Source of the DNA: Trueperaceae bacterium
GTDB lineage: Bacteria > Deinococcota > Deinococci > Deinococcales > Trueperaceae
Direction of reading: 5' to 3'
NCBI GenBank assembly: GCA_963662295.1
Contig: OY759346.1
Location: forward strand, 1,299,542 to 1,363,541
DNA: 64,000 nucleotides
This document shows positions 33,524 through 44,221 of the stretch, piece by piece. The translations under genes were made by a program, and so were the position numbers. Position 1 is the stretch's first letter. Each line of letters begins with the position of its first letter. The notes under the pieces were generated by a model, which did not search any database, was not told the DNA's origin, and saw nothing but the letters and a program-made list of their open reading frames with translations.

Positions 33524-35773
33524 GTGCCTACGGCGCTCGATGTGCTCTTCCCGCTGCCGCTATCGCCGCTTCGCTTCCTGGCCCCGCTCGACAGACCGCT
33601 GGGTGCGGTCGGGAGTCGGGTTGCGGTGCCCTGGCAAGGTGCGATCCGCATCGGTCTGGTCACGGCGATCGATGAGATCCCCGCGGGCAAGGCGCTCGAC
33701 TACAAAGAGGCCGTCGATTGGCTCGACAGCAGACCGTTCGTCCACCCGAGCGGCGTGACCCTGGTGGCCGAACTGGCCGAACGGACGGCCACCCCTCCCG
33801 GCGTGATCCTGGGCTCGCTTGCGCCGATCGGCTTCAGAGAGCTACTGGTACATGAAATCATGCTGCTCGCCCCCTTTCCCGACCTCGAGCTGGCGCCCGA
33901 ACGGTGGTTGGAGGCCGATCACCTCGACGCCGCTACCCTCGACGTGGTGCGGCGCCAGGGCCTGATCGTCGAGCGGGCCAAGTTCGCCGTTCGAACCGAG
34001 CGGCGCCTCGTCGGGGTCCGGCCTGCCGACGGCGACTTGGCGGGGTCCAACCGGGCCACCCAGCGCCAGGCCCTGGCCCTGCTCGCTTCGGTCCCCAGCG
34101 GTTTTCCAAGCGCAGCCGCGCTATCCCGAGAGGCGGACGTTCCGGTAAGCGCCGGGCGGGCGTTGGTCACCAAAGGCTACGCCGCCTACCGCGACCTGCC
34201 CGCCGGTCGTCCGCCCACCATCGAGGCGCCGGCCGCGCCTCACAGTTCTGTAGAGCCCCACAGCGGCGTCCTCGCCCACGCGGCGGTCACCAGCCTCTCC
34301 GGGGGGCGCCGGGTCGACCGGCTGGCAGCTCTGATCCGGACGCTTCAGCGCGATCTCGCGGCCGGAACGGGCGTGCTCGTGCTCGCCCCCGAACGGCCGG
34401 TGCTCGAAGAGGCGGCATCGGTGCTGATGGAACACGTCCCGCTGTCGGTGTTGCGGGCCGAGACGTCCGACGACGTCCGCAACGAGGTGTGGGAGCAGAT
34501 CCGCAACGGCCCCCCTCGGGTGCTGGTGGGAACGTTCCTGGCGCTGCTGGCGCCCTTCGAGCAGCTCGGTCGAGTGGTGGTGCTCGAAGCCTCGAATCGG
34601 AGCTTCAAAATGCTGTCCGGGGCGCGGCTGTTCGTGCCGGATGCGGCCCGCCGACTGGCCCGGATTCGCGACGCCCCTGCGGTGCTCTGCGACGTGGTGG
34701 CCAGCCCCGAGACCACCTCGCTTGCGGACCTCGTCGAGGTGACGCTGCCCCGAGCCCGCCAGCGCATTCACGTGGCCGATCTCGGCGGGACCGCGAACTG
34801 GCCGCTCGGTAGCGATCTCATGCGGGTTCTCAAACAGGTCGCCGAACGGAGTCGGCAGGCGCTGATTTTGGCGCCCCGTCGGGGCTTCTCGGCTGCTCTG
34901 GGATGCCCCGATTGCGGCTACGCGGCGGGCTGCCCGAACTGCGACCTCGCGCTCCGCTATCACCATACCGAGCGCCGCTTGCGGTGCCATCAGTGCGGCC
35001 ACCAAGAGCTGCCGCCGGAGCGGTGCCCCGATTGCGCTCAGGAGCGGCTCGGACCGTTGCGCGGGCCGGGAACGCAGTGGATCGCGCAGGCGGTGCGCGA
35101 GATGCTGCCCTCGCTGACGGTCCTGCGCTACGACAGCGATCGGCATGACGATCTCACGCCGCTGCGCGCCGGCGAACCCGGGGTGCTCGTCGGCACCACC
35201 TCGGTGTTGCGGTTGCCGCCGTTCACGAAGCTGGCGCTCATCGCGGTGGCGCTGCTCGACACCCATATGAACATCTCCGATTTCCGGGCCGAAGAGGAGA
35301 CGCTGCGCCTGGTTCTGTCGCTTCCGGAGCTCGCCGGCGGGCCGGTGCCCCTGACGTTGCTGCAGACGTTCCAGCCTGACCACCCGGTGGTAACGGCTCT
35401 AGCGGCCCCCGTCGCCGCCGGCGTCGACCGCTACCTGGCCGACATTCTCGAGCGGCGCCGACAGTTTCGTTACCCGCCGTTCAGCCACTTGGCCAAGATC
35501 CAGATCAGCGCCCGTGAGGCCCCCGTTGCCCAACGCGCGGCCCAGGAGGTGATCGAGCGGCTGAGCACGGCGGGAGCGACCTCGGACGAGGTGCTGGGCC
35601 CGGCCCCGGCCCCGGTTGCCCGCGTGCGTGGCAGGTACACGTACCACGTGCTGGTCCGCTCCGACAGCGCCGCGGCCTTCCAGCGGTTGCTGCCCGTTTT
35701 AGGACCTACGGTCCGCGGCGCCGGCATCCGCCTCGACGTCGATCCGCGCGATGTCGGGACGGTGTTGGAGTGA
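33524..35773 (+). CDS. priA: Primosomal protein N' (PriA) with degenerate helicase motifs
   Basis: N-terminal DNA-binding domain and Cys-rich zinc-binding region (CPDCGYAAGCPNCDLALRYHH...CHQCG). Walker A position reads AGTGVLVLAPE (no GKT) and the DEEH position reads VLEASN. Confidence 0.9.
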   Translation: MPTALDVLFPLPLSPLRFLAPLDRPLGAVGSRVAVPWQGAIRIGLVTAIDEIPAGKALDYKEAVDWLDSRPFVHPSGVTLVAELAERTATPPGVILGSLAPIGFRELLVHEIMLLAPFPDLELAPERWLEADHLDAATLDVVRRQGLIVERAKFAVRTERRLVGVRPADGDLAGSNRATQRQALALLASVPSGFPSAAALSREADVPVSAGRALVTKGYAAYRDLPAGRPPTIEAPAAPHSSVEPHSGVLAHAAVTSLSGGRRVDRLAALIRTLQRDLAAGTGVLVLAPERPVLEEAASVLMEHVPLSVLRAETSDDVRNEVWEQIRNGPPRVLVGTFLALLAPFEQLGRVVVLEASNRSFKMLSGARLFVPDAARRLARIRDAPAVLCDVVASPETTSLADLVEVTLPRARQRIHVADLGGTANWPLGSDLMRVLKQVAERSRQALILAPRRGFSAALGCPDCGYAAGCPNCDLALRYHHTERRLRCHQCGHQELPPERCPDCAQERLGPLRGPGTQWIAQAVREMLPSLTVLRYDSDRHDDLTPLRAGEPGVLVGTTSVLRLPPFTKLALIAVALLDTHMNISDFRAEEETLRLVLSLPELAGGPVPLTLLQTFQPDHPVVTALAAPVAAGVDRYLADILERRRQFRYPPFSHLAKIQISAREAPVAQRAAQEVIERLSTAGATSDEVLGPAPAPVARVRGRYTYHVLVRSDSAAAFQRLLPVLGPTVRGAGIRLDVDPRDVGTVLE

Positions 35774-35790
35774 TCCGACGGAGGAAGACC

Positions 35791-35847
35791 GATCGTCGAA
35801 ACAAAAATTTCACACACATACGTATCGTGAAATGATTCACTAATAAG
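35791..35847 (+). repeat. SNR-like AT-rich intergenic repeat, copy 2
   Basis: GATCGTCGAAACAAAAATTTCACACACATACGTATCGTGAAATGATTCACTAATAAG. Same family as copies 1 and 3-5. Lies upstream of smpB. Confidence 0.6.
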
Positions 35848-35892
35848 CTAGCAGCAACCAGACGCTATAGTGTTTGGTCTAGGACGGCTACG

Positions 35893-36324
35893 ATGCTTCG
35901 GAACAGACGCGTGCACCACGACTACGAACTGCTCGATCGATTCGAGGCGGGTATCGTCTTGCGTGGTAGCGAGGTCAAGGTGTTGCGCTCGGGCGAGGGC
36001 TCGATAGCAGCGGCGTTTGCCCGGGTGGATGGGGGAGAGGTGTTCCTCGAAGGGATGAACATCCCGCCGTACCGGCAGGCCAGTTACAACAATCACGAGC
36101 CGCTGCGCAGCCGAAAGCTGCTCCTCAAACGCAAGGAGATCGCGGTGATTCGGCGCGGCCTCGAACGACGAGGCCTTACGGTGGTGCCGCTGCAACTCGG
36201 CTTCAAGGACGGCTGGGTCAAGGTGCAGCTCGCCCTCGCCCGCGGAAAGAAGCGCCACGACAAGCGCCGTTCGGAGGCCGAGAAGGACGCCCAGCGGCAG
36301 ATGGAACGGGCGCGCGAACGGTGA
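35893..36324 (+). CDS. smpB: SsrA-binding protein
   Basis: SmpB family sequence (NRRVHHDYELLDRFEAGIVLRGSEVK). Stop overlaps the amidase GTG (GTGA). Confidence 0.95.
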   Translation: MLRNRRVHHDYELLDRFEAGIVLRGSEVKVLRSGEGSIAAAFARVDGGEVFLEGMNIPPYRQASYNNHEPLRSRKLLLKRKEIAVIRRGLERRGLTVVPLQLGFKDGWVKVQLALARGKKRHDKRRSEAEKDAQRQMERARER

Positions 36325-37700
36325 CGCGGTTGCGAACGATCCCTGCGCTGGTTGTGTTTGCCCTGTCGATCGGGCTGGCGCAGCCCGATCTTTTCGTCGA
36401 TGGGGTTCAGGTCATCGGCAACACATCGGATCTGATCGAGGGCCGCTCGTACGCCCCGGCACGGGCTCTCGCCCTGGCGCTGGGAGCAGAGCTGGTGATC
36501 GACGTCGCCCGGACCAGCGCCACCCTCACCTTGGGCGGTCGCTTGCTGCAGGTCGCGGTGGCCCCCGACGCTGCCTCGGCCGCCGGGGTCAGCGAGGCCC
36601 TGTCGCTCGATGGCGCCGCCCTCGCCTCGCCCGCTGCGGTCGATGTGAACGGCGATATCTTCCTGCCGGTCCAGCCGATCATCCTCGCCTTTGGCGGCAG
36701 CGCTGCCTTCGTCGACGATCGCAACGCTGTGGTCGCCGTCCTGCCGACGGCCCACCTCGTCGACACTACCAGCACTAGGCTGGGTGCCCGCGAGCGTCTG
36801 ATCTTCAGGCTGTCCGCGCCCGCCTCGGTGCAACCGTTCTTCAATGAGCCGCTGCAGACCCTTCAGATACGCATCGGGCGTGGCAGTGTCGCCCGCGCCG
36901 CGAGCTATGAGGGCTCCCTGTACGTGCGGGCCGACGTCATCCCCGGCGACCGCCTGCTCGACATTCGCATCGTGCTGGGACCCGGTACCGGCTACCGTCT
37001 CCTCCAACTGCCGGCCGCCGACGGGGGCTTCGACCTGGTGATCGAGATGGATCGTGGGGCGGACGACGCGCCCACCGAACGGGTACGCGCCGTGGTCGTC
37101 ATCGATCCGGGTCACGGCGGCACGGACGCCGGCCTCGAGTTCCCGGCCCTGGGGTCCGAAGCGGCGCTGGCGCTGGATTTTGGCAACCGCCTGGCGACCG
37201 CCCTCGAGCGCATCGGGATGTCCGTCCTGGTGACGCGCAACGGCGACCTGGCGGTGCCGCCGGACTCCCGTTCGGCCGCCGGAGTGGGGTCGGACCTGTT
37301 CATTTCGGTGCATGCTGGGGGGCTCCAGCAAGGCAGGTTCAACGTCTATTTCCTCGATGACGCTGCCGATGAAGCGGGCCTGAGCCTCGCCATCCGCGAG
37401 AACGCCCGTGCCGCCCTGGCCGACAACCCCACCGATTCGGTGCGGCGGCAGGTGCTGTTGGGACTGGTGCCGGACCTCGAGGTTGGCCGCCGCTATGCTC
37501 GAAGCCTCGAACTCCAGCTTTCGCAGGCCGGCGGCTACCTGGTCGAGGAGCGTCTGGGCGTGCCGCTATTCGTGCTCAGCGGTTCGGGCGGCCGCGGCCT
37601 GATGCTCGAATTCTCCCCGGAGGACCTGGCCGGCGCGGCGCTGGCCCCGCTGCTCGCGTCGGTGCTGGCCTCGCTGCTCGGGAGTGGGGGGTTCGATTGA
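36321..37700 (+). CDS. N-acetylmuramoyl-L-alanine amidase (Amidase_3) with N-terminal AMIN-like repeats
   Basis: Signal peptide. DPGHGGTDAG zinc-amidase motif in the C-terminal half. Confidence 0.8.
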   Translation: MTRLRTIPALVVFALSIGLAQPDLFVDGVQVIGNTSDLIEGRSYAPARALALALGAELVIDVARTSATLTLGGRLLQVAVAPDAASAAGVSEALSLDGAALASPAAVDVNGDIFLPVQPIILAFGGSAAFVDDRNAVVAVLPTAHLVDTTSTRLGARERLIFRLSAPASVQPFFNEPLQTLQIRIGRGSVARAASYEGSLYVRADVIPGDRLLDIRIVLGPGTGYRLLQLPAADGGFDLVIEMDRGADDAPTERVRAVVVIDPGHGGTDAGLEFPALGSEAALALDFGNRLATALERIGMSVLVTRNGDLAVPPDSRSAAGVGSDLFISVHAGGLQQGRFNVYFLDDAADEAGLSLAIRENARAALADNPTDSVRRQVLLGLVPDLEVGRRYARSLELQLSQAGGYLVEERLGVPLFVLSGSGGRGLMLEFSPEDLAGAALAPLLASVLASLLGSGGFD

Positions 37701-37701
37701 C

Positions 37702-38235
37702 ATGCGGTGGTTGAACCGATTGGCCCGGCCGCAGATCGTCGTCGGCCTGCTGGCGCTGGCCGCCTCACTCGTACTGTTGACGGGACCCGCCGCCCTGAAG
37801 CGGGGCGAGCTCCGGTCGTTCAAGACCACCACCGGGTCCAGCGCCCCGCCCCTCACATCGGAGTTGCGGCTGATCATCATCGACGGCTCCGGGCTGGAGC
37901 GGCCACGCTTCGTGAACCTCGAGCACGGCCCCGATCCAGCCTCGAGGCTGACGGCCCTCACCGAGGCCCTGCGGAGCGAATTGATTGGCGACGGCGTGTG
38001 GCCCGCCTCGCTTGCGGCCCCCACCGTGTATCTCGTGGAAAATCGGCGGCTCGAGGCCGCGGTGCTCGACTTCGCCGAGTCCAATGTCTCGCTGACCATC
38101 GCTCAGGAACGGCAGATCGTCGCCTCGTTGCGCGAGACGCTGCTGCGCAACGGCGTCGATTCGGTCCAGTTCCTGGTAGCCGGCGAGGCGCGGCCAGCGC
38201 CCCTCGGCCATCTGGCGGTGCCCACGGGCCTGTGA
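37702..38235 (+). CDS. GerMN-domain protein (membrane-anchored)
   Basis: N-terminal transmembrane helix plus GerMN-like fold. Immediately downstream of the amidase. Start placed at ATG 37702, after the amidase stop. Confidence 0.55.
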   Translation: MRWLNRLARPQIVVGLLALAASLVLLTGPAALKRGELRSFKTTTGSSAPPLTSELRLIIIDGSGLERPRFVNLEHGPDPASRLTALTEALRSELIGDGVWPASLAAPTVYLVENRRLEAAVLDFAESNVSLTIAQERQIVASLRETLLRNGVDSVQFLVAGEARPAPLGHLAVPTGL

Positions 38236-38236
38236 G

Positions 38237-39535
38237 CTAGGGCTCGAGCCTGGTCAGGGTGCGCGGGAAGGGAATGACCTCGCGCAGGTGGTGAACCCCG
38301 GTCAGCCAGGCCAGCGTCCGTTCCAGTCCGAGCCCGAACCCCGAATGGGGCACACTTCCGTAGCGGCGTAGGTCCAGGTACCAGGCGTAGGCGTCTGCCG
38401 GCAGGCCGTGCTCTTCGATCCGACGCTCCAGCAGCTCCGGGTCGTGAATCCGCTGTGACCCTCCGATCAGCTCGCCGTACCCGTCCGGGGCGATGAGGTC
38501 GTCGCACTTCACGCGGCTGGGGTCGCCCGCCACCGGTTCCATGTAGAACGCTTTGGTCTGCGCCGGCCAGGCCTCGATGAAGACCGGTCGATCGAAAGGT
38601 TCGCTCAGCGCCGCCTCGTGCGGGGCCCCGAAGTCCTCGCCCCAGTCGAGGCCGAGGCCGGCGTCGGCGAGCAGCTCGAGCGCCTCGTCGTACGTCATTC
38701 GCGGGTAGCCGCCCTGGGCCGCAGGCTCGAGCGCCGTGGGATCGCGGCCCAGCAGTTCGAGTTCGTAGGCGCGCCGCTCGAGTACCCGGCCCACGAGGTA
38801 GGTCAGCATCTCCTCTTGCAGCGCCACGTTCCCTTCGTGATCGAGAAACGCCACCTCGGGCTCGACCATCCAGAACTCCAAGAGGTGCTTCCGGGTCTTG
38901 CTCTTTTCGGCCCGGAAGGTCGGCCCGAAGGTGTACACCCTGCCCAGCGCCATGGCGCCCGCCTCGGCGTAGAGCTGCCCCGATTGCGACAGGTAGACCG
39001 TCCTCTCTTCGGAGATGTCGATTTCGAACAGGGTGGTGGTTCCCTCGGCGGCGTTGGGGGTGAAGAAGGGGGCGTCGAACTTAACAAAGCCCCGGTCGCC
39101 GAGGAAGTCGTGGATGCCGCGGATCAGGTCGTCACGGATCCGCATGATCGCCCACGGCTGCCGGTGGCGCAGGTGCAGGTGACGGACCTCTTGAAGAAAG
39201 TCGACACCGTGTTCTTTGGGGCTGATCGGGTAGTTGTCTGCTGGCGCCAGGACCCGCAGGGCGTGGAGACCGAGTTCGACCCCCGTCGGGGAGCGCGGGT
39301 CCTCGCGAACCTGGCCACGGATGGCGACGGCGGTCTCCTGCCGCAGGTGCCTGGCGAGGTCGAAGGTCGCATCGTCCAGGTCGGCCTGGGGGGCGACGAC
39401 TTGGACGAAGCCGCTGCCGTCGCGCAGCTGCAGAAAGGCGATCTTGCCGCTGCTGCGCACCCCGGTGATCCAGCCGTTCACGGTGACGATGGAGCCGTGG
39501 TGATGCGGCAGCTGTTCGATGGTGATGGTGTCCAT
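38237..39535 (-). CDS. asnS: Asparaginyl-tRNA synthetase
   Basis: Class IIb synthetase with AsnRS-type motif 2 (FRAEKSKTRKHLLEFWMVEPE). 432 aa. Confidence 0.85.
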   Translation of the reverse strand: MDTITIEQLPHHHGSIVTVNGWITGVRSSGKIAFLQLRDGSGFVQVVAPQADLDDATFDLARHLRQETAVAIRGQVREDPRSPTGVELGLHALRVLAPADNYPISPKEHGVDFLQEVRHLHLRHRQPWAIMRIRDDLIRGIHDFLGDRGFVKFDAPFFTPNAAEGTTTLFEIDISEERTVYLSQSGQLYAEAGAMALGRVYTFGPTFRAEKSKTRKHLLEFWMVEPEVAFLDHEGNVALQEEMLTYLVGRVLERRAYELELLGRDPTALEPAAQGGYPRMTYDEALELLADAGLGLDWGEDFGAPHEAALSEPFDRPVFIEAWPAQTKAFYMEPVAGDPSRVKCDDLIAPDGYGELIGGSQRIHDPELLERRIEEHGLPADAYAWYLDLRRYGSVPHSGFGLGLERTLAWLTGVHHLREVIPFPRTLTRLEP

Positions 39536-39568
39536 AACTCAGGAGTGTACCGGCTGGCCGGACCGTTG

Positions 39569-40375
39569 TCAGGTCGCTAGGGTGGTGGCGAGCGCCAGCG
39601 CTTCGGCCGCGCCGCAGTCATCGACCCCAGCGACCTGGTGCGTTGCCACCTCGAGTAGCGGCGCCGCCGCGTTGGCGACCACCACCGGGACGCCGACCCG
39701 CTCGAGCATCGCCAGGTCGCCGATGGAGTCGCCCACAGCCATGGTGTTGTCGAGCGGTACCCGCAGGCTGTCGCAGAGGATCTCGATGGCGCTCCCTTTG
39801 GTGACGCCGGCGCGCGTCACGCTCACGAACAGGGTGTCGGTGATCACCGGAGAGGTTGCCACGCCGATATCGAAGCCGTCCGTGGTGATGGCCTCGATCG
39901 CTTCGAGCTGGTGACTGCCGACCAGCCACTGGGCCCGGATGACGGGCTCCTTGTTGACCACGCTGGTGAGATCGCGGACGATAGCGGTCACACCGAGCAT
40001 GCGGGCGTGGGCCGTCGACAAGGGCGTCTGCCGTTCCACGAACAGATCTGTCGGGGTGTAGAGCTCGAGCGGTGCATTGAGGGTTCGGGCGGCTTCGATC
40101 ATCTGCCGCGAGGCGCTTTCGGGGAGCGCGGACACCGTGAGGTTGCGGCCGTCGAGGTAGGCGATGTGGGCGCCGTTCTGGAAGATGTGGGGGCTGGTGG
40201 GTCCGATCCGCTCGGCAACCTTACGGGCCACACCGAAGCCGGGCCTGCCGGTCGCTACCACCAGGCGCACGCCCGCTTCCAAGGCGACGTCGACCGCTTC
40301 GTAGATGCATGCCTCGACGGTACCGCTGGAACCGATCATGGTGCCGTCGAGATCGAATACCACCAGCGGGATCAT
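39569..40375 (-). CDS. HAD-superfamily hydrolase, Cof-like subfamily IIB
   Basis: DxD motif at the N-terminus (VVFDLDGTM) and a GDSIGD C-terminal motif. Confidence 0.8.
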   Translation of the reverse strand: MIPLVVFDLDGTMIGSSGTVEACIYEAVDVALEAGVRLVVATGRPGFGVARKVAERIGPTSPHIFQNGAHIAYLDGRNLTVSALPESASRQMIEAARTLNAPLELYTPTDLFVERQTPLSTAHARMLGVTAIVRDLTSVVNKEPVIRAQWLVGSHQLEAIEAITTDGFDIGVATSPVITDTLFVSVTRAGVTKGSAIEILCDSLRVPLDNTMAVGDSIGDLAMLERVGVPVVVANAAAPLLEVATHQVAGVDDCGAAEALALATTLAT

Positions 40376-42144
40376 GAGCCACCGTCCAAGAGCCTCAGCC
40401 CCAGGTCCGCCAACTGCGCCTCGTCGATGGGACCGGGGGCGCCCGTCAGTGGGTCCGCACCCCGCTGATTTTTGGGAAACGCGATGACGTCTCGCAGGCT
40501 CGGCGCCCCGGTTAGCAGCATGACGAGGCGGTCGAGCCCCCAGGCGACGCCGCCGTGAGGGGGCGCCCCATAGGTCAGCGCTTCGAGGAAGAACCCGAAC
40601 CGCGCCTGCGCTTCGTCAGCGTCGATTCCGAGGGCCCGGAACATCTCGAGCTGGAGGTCGTGGCGATGGATCCGGAGCGAGCCCCCGCCGACTTCGTGCC
40701 CGTTGAGAACGAGGTCGTAGGCCCAGGCGCGGACGCTCCCGGGGTCGCTGCCAAGTCGAGGCAAGTCCTCCTCACGCGGGCGTGTGAAGGGGTGGTGCAT
40801 ATAGGTATAGCCGCCACCGTCGTCGGCTTCGAGCAAGGGGAAGTCCACGACCCACAGAAACGACAGCTCGTCACGGTCCGGCCTAGGCAGCATGAGCATG
40901 CCAGGTAGCATCAGCCGCACCGCCCCGAGCGCCGTGCAGGCCGTGCTCCAGGCGTCGGCCACCAGCAGCAGCAGATCGCCTTCGGAAGGCGCCAGGGCGC
41001 GGACGCCGTCGCGCTCTTCGTCGCTCAGGAACTTGGCAATCGGGCCCTTTACGTCGGCGCTGTCGCGGCGTAGCCAGGCCATGCCCTTGGCGCCATGGCG
41101 CTTGGCCTCGTCTTCGAGGGCGCTGAGGCCTTTGCGTGACAGGGGTACTACCTCGCTCTGGTTGACAGCCAGAGCTTTGACCACCCCGCCGGAGGCCACG
41201 ACTTCCGCGAAGGCACGAAAGGCAGAACCGGCGAACAGCTCGCTGACGTCGGTGAGCTCGAGCCCGAAGCGCAGGTCCGGTTTGTCGCTGCCAAAGCGGT
41301 CGAGGGCGTCGCGGTAGCTGAGCCGTGGGAACGGCGTAGCTACCTTCGTGTCTATCACCTGGGGCACCACGTGCGCCAAGAGGCGTTCGTTGAGATCGAG
41401 GATGTCGTCCTGGTCCACGAAGGACATCTCGATGTCGAGCTGGGTAAAGTCTGGCTGGCGGTCGGCGCGGAGATCCTCGTCGCGAAAGCAGCGGGCGATC
41501 TGGAAGTAGCGGTCGATCCCACCGATCATCAGCAGCTGCTTGAACAGTTGCGGCGATTGCGGCAGGGCGTAGAAGCCACCGCCGCGGCTCGGAACCAGAT
41601 AGTCTCGGGCGCCCTCCGGCGTCGACAGGGTCAGCAGCGGCGTCTCGACCTGGATAAAGCCTTCGGCATCGAGAAAGTCCCAGATGGCCTTGGTGAGCCG
41701 GTGGCGGATCAGCAACGGCTCGAGGGTGACCTGGCGCCTGAGGTCGAGGTAGCGGTGCTTGAGGCGCAACTCCTCACCCACGTCTTCGGAGCCGGCACTG
41801 CCATCGACCAGGAAGGGGGTGGTCTGGGACTCGGCCAGCACCGTAATCGAGGTGCCTACCACCTCGACGTCGCCGGTCGCGATCGTGCGGTTCCGCTGTT
41901 GGTCCGGACGCAGCCGCACCTGACCCGCAATCTGCACTACGAATTCCGCTCGCGTGCCGGACGCAGCCGCAAAGGCCGCGGCGCTCCCCGGCTCAACGAC
42001 GATCTGGGTCAGGCCGCTGCGGTCGCGTAGATCCAGGAACACGAGGCCCCCAAGGTCGCGGCGCCGATTGACCCAGCCCTGTAGCACGACCTGTGCGCCA
42101 GCGTGTTCGTGGCGGAGGTCGCCGCATCGGTGGGTGCGTTCCAT
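40372..42144 (-). CDS. aspS: Aspartyl-tRNA synthetase (bacterial long type with GAD insertion)
   Basis: Start at [11 protein letters not shown] (ATG 42144). Class II motifs 1-3. The ORF-track N-terminal extension is spurious. Confidence 0.9.
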   Translation of the reverse strand: MERTHRCGDLRHEHAGAQVVLQGWVNRRRDLGGLVFLDLRDRSGLTQIVVEPGSAAAFAAASGTRAEFVVQIAGQVRLRPDQQRNRTIATGDVEVVGTSITVLAESQTTPFLVDGSAGSEDVGEELRLKHRYLDLRRQVTLEPLLIRHRLTKAIWDFLDAEGFIQVETPLLTLSTPEGARDYLVPSRGGGFYALPQSPQLFKQLLMIGGIDRYFQIARCFRDEDLRADRQPDFTQLDIEMSFVDQDDILDLNERLLAHVVPQVIDTKVATPFPRLSYRDALDRFGSDKPDLRFGLELTDVSELFAGSAFRAFAEVVASGGVVKALAVNQSEVVPLSRKGLSALEDEAKRHGAKGMAWLRRDSADVKGPIAKFLSDEERDGVRALAPSEGDLLLLVADAWSTACTALGAVRLMLPGMLMLPRPDRDELSFLWVVDFPLLEADDGGGYTYMHHPFTRPREEDLPRLGSDPGSVRAWAYDLVLNGHEVGGGSLRIHRHDLQLEMFRALGIDADEAQARFGFFLEALTYGAPPHGGVAWGLDRLVMLLTGAPSLRDVIAFPKNQRGADPLTGAPGPIDEAQLADLGLRLLDGGS

Positions 42145-42175
42145 CGTCGCGGCAATGATACCAGCCCGGCCCGAA

Positions 42176-43432
42176 TCAGGTCGTAGCCAGCAGCGCCTCG
42201 AGGTCGGCGGTGGCGACGTCGCGCTGTTCACCGGTTTCGAGGTTCTTGACCCGGTACAGGTCTCGCTCGCGCTCGGCAGCCCCGCGCAGGCCGGCCAGGT
42301 TGGCGCCGGAGCGGGCGGCTTCGGCGAGGCCCTTGCCGGGCTTGCGGGGCCGGTACCCGTACGAAACCCGGTGGGCGCCACGCAGCCGGAAGGCCAGGGC
42401 GGCCACCTCCGCGAGCGCCAGCTCGTCGAGCGGTACCAAGAAGAGTTCTGGGCCAGGGGGTCGCTCGGCCGCGACGCCCTCTTCGGTGAGGGCGTCGAGC
42501 AAGCGCTCGATCCCTAGGGCCCAGCCGACCCCGGGGTGGGGGGGACCGCCGAGCAGCGCTATGAGACCGTCGTAGCGCCCGCCGCCGCCCACAGCCGACT
42601 GTGCCCCGATGCTGCCGTGGTGGACTTCGAAGGCGGTCCGGCGGTAGTAGTCGAGGCCGCGAACGACAGCGCGGTCTACGGCGAAGGGGATGTCCATGGC
42701 GGTCAGCAGTCGGCAGACGCCTTCGAAGTGCGCCCCTGCCTCCAGGTTCAGAAAGTCGAGGGGACGCTTCAGGTCGGCGAGGAGCGCCTGGTCGGTTGCG
42801 TCCTTGCTGTCGAGGATGCGCATGGGGTTGCGCTGTAGCCGCGCGCGGCTGGCCGGGCTCAGTTCGCCCAGCGAAGGGGTGAGCGCCTCCCGCAGATACG
42901 CGTTGTAGCGCTCGCTGTCGCCCGGGTCGCCGACCGAGCCCAGTCTGAGGCTAAGGCCCGTCAGCCCGCAGGCGCTCAGGGTGGTAACCAGGAGCGCGAT
43001 GGCCTCGGCATCGATGGTGGGTGTCTCGAGGCCGATCAGTTCACAGCTGATCTGGTGAAACTGCCGGAAGCGTCCTCGTTGCACGTTCTCGGCCCGAAAC
43101 ACGGGACCGTGGCTCCAGAGCTTTACCGGTGTCGGCAGCGTGTGCATACCGTGTTCGATGTAGGCCCGCAGGACGCCACCGGTGAATTCGGGCCTCAGCG
43201 TCAAGGAGCGGTTGCCGCGATCGGTAAAGGTATACATCTCCTTCTGGACGACCAGGTCGGATGTCGCCCCAACCGCTCGCGAAAATACCTCGCTGTGTTC
43301 GAAGATTGGCGGTGACAACTCCTCGACCGCCGCCCTCGCCATCACGGCGCTGGTATTAGCAAGCACGTTGTGCCGCAGGGGCCGGTCGCCAGGAACGATG
43401 TCGAAGGTTCCCTTGGGAGCTTTGAGTTTCAT
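42176..43432 (-). CDS. hisS: Histidyl-tRNA synthetase
   Basis: HisRS motifs and anticodon-binding domain. Confidence 0.9.
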   Translation of the reverse strand: MKLKAPKGTFDIVPGDRPLRHNVLANTSAVMARAAVEELSPPIFEHSEVFSRAVGATSDLVVQKEMYTFTDRGNRSLTLRPEFTGGVLRAYIEHGMHTLPTPVKLWSHGPVFRAENVQRGRFRQFHQISCELIGLETPTIDAEAIALLVTTLSACGLTGLSLRLGSVGDPGDSERYNAYLREALTPSLGELSPASRARLQRNPMRILDSKDATDQALLADLKRPLDFLNLEAGAHFEGVCRLLTAMDIPFAVDRAVVRGLDYYRRTAFEVHHGSIGAQSAVGGGGRYDGLIALLGGPPHPGVGWALGIERLLDALTEEGVAAERPPGPELFLVPLDELALAEVAALAFRLRGAHRVSYGYRPRKPGKGLAEAARSGANLAGLRGAAERERDLYRVKNLETGEQRDVATADLEALLATT

Positions 43433-43480
43433 ATGAAGAGAGTCTACCGCTGCCTTTGCGCCTGAACGTGAACGCAGACG

Positions 43481-43507
43481 TGCTCACGCAAAAAAATAGG
43501 GCCGCTG
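43481..43507 (-). terminator. Rho-independent terminator downstream of the lipoprotein gene
   Basis: GGGCCGC-CACA-GCGGCCC followed by UAUUUUUUU on the minus strand. Confidence 0.65.
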
Positions 43508-43537
43508 TGGCGGCCCCGGCTATACGGCACAAGCGAC

Positions 43538-43900
43538 TTACGGCAGGTTTGTGGGTATACCGTTGCTGAGCACGCCATCGACCACGACGTAGACAAATCC
43601 AGAGCCTCCACCTTCGGGGACACCGAATTCGATGCGGGTGGTGCTCCAGCTGGCGGGGGTGACGCGCAGGCCGCCACCAGCGGCGATGTCGGCCCCGACG
43701 ATGACGTAGCTGTTTGGCGAGGCCCCGTTCATGCCGTCACCGAAATAGCGGCCTTGCAGCACGACCATTCCGGTGCCGCCGGTCGGGACGGTAACCGAAA
43801 TCAGTGTAGGAAGGATGTTGTCCTGCACCTGTATGTTTGGCGCGCAAGCACCCAGGAGCAGAACCAGGGTGCCGAGAGTGAACCAGGAAAGACGCTTCAC
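43538..43900 (-). CDS. Small lipoprotein with IPT/TIG-like beta domain
   Basis: GTG 43900 with GAGGAGG SD 7 nt upstream. Signal peptide with lipobox LLGAC. Confidence 0.6.
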   Translation of the reverse strand: MKRLSWFTLGTLVLLLGACAPNIQVQDNILPTLISVTVPTGGTGMVVLQGRYFGDGMNGASPNSYVIVGADIAAGGGLRVTPASWSTTRIEFGVPEGGGSGFVYVVVDGVLSNGIPTNLP

Positions 43901-44221
43901 ATGTGCCTCCTCGTGTCTGAAGCGTACGGAGCGGGGGGCTTCAGCGTCAATGGTATGTTTCATACTTTTTGGCGCGCTACCCCCGGTGTGTGGGCCACTT
44001 TTTCGGCTATCTGGCTAAGATGAAAACCATCGGTCATTGGGGCCCGCTGCAAAACACCCGCCAGGAGAACAGCAGGAGCATAGCCATCAGGTGGCGATGG
44101 TCGCCCACGCCCTGGCGACTTTCAGCAACGAACCCTGGAGAACCCGGCGCTTCAGGAGTTCTTCGAGCGGTCCGCGCCATCGCTCCGTCTGACACTCGGC
44201 GATCTGAATTCGCCGAACCAC

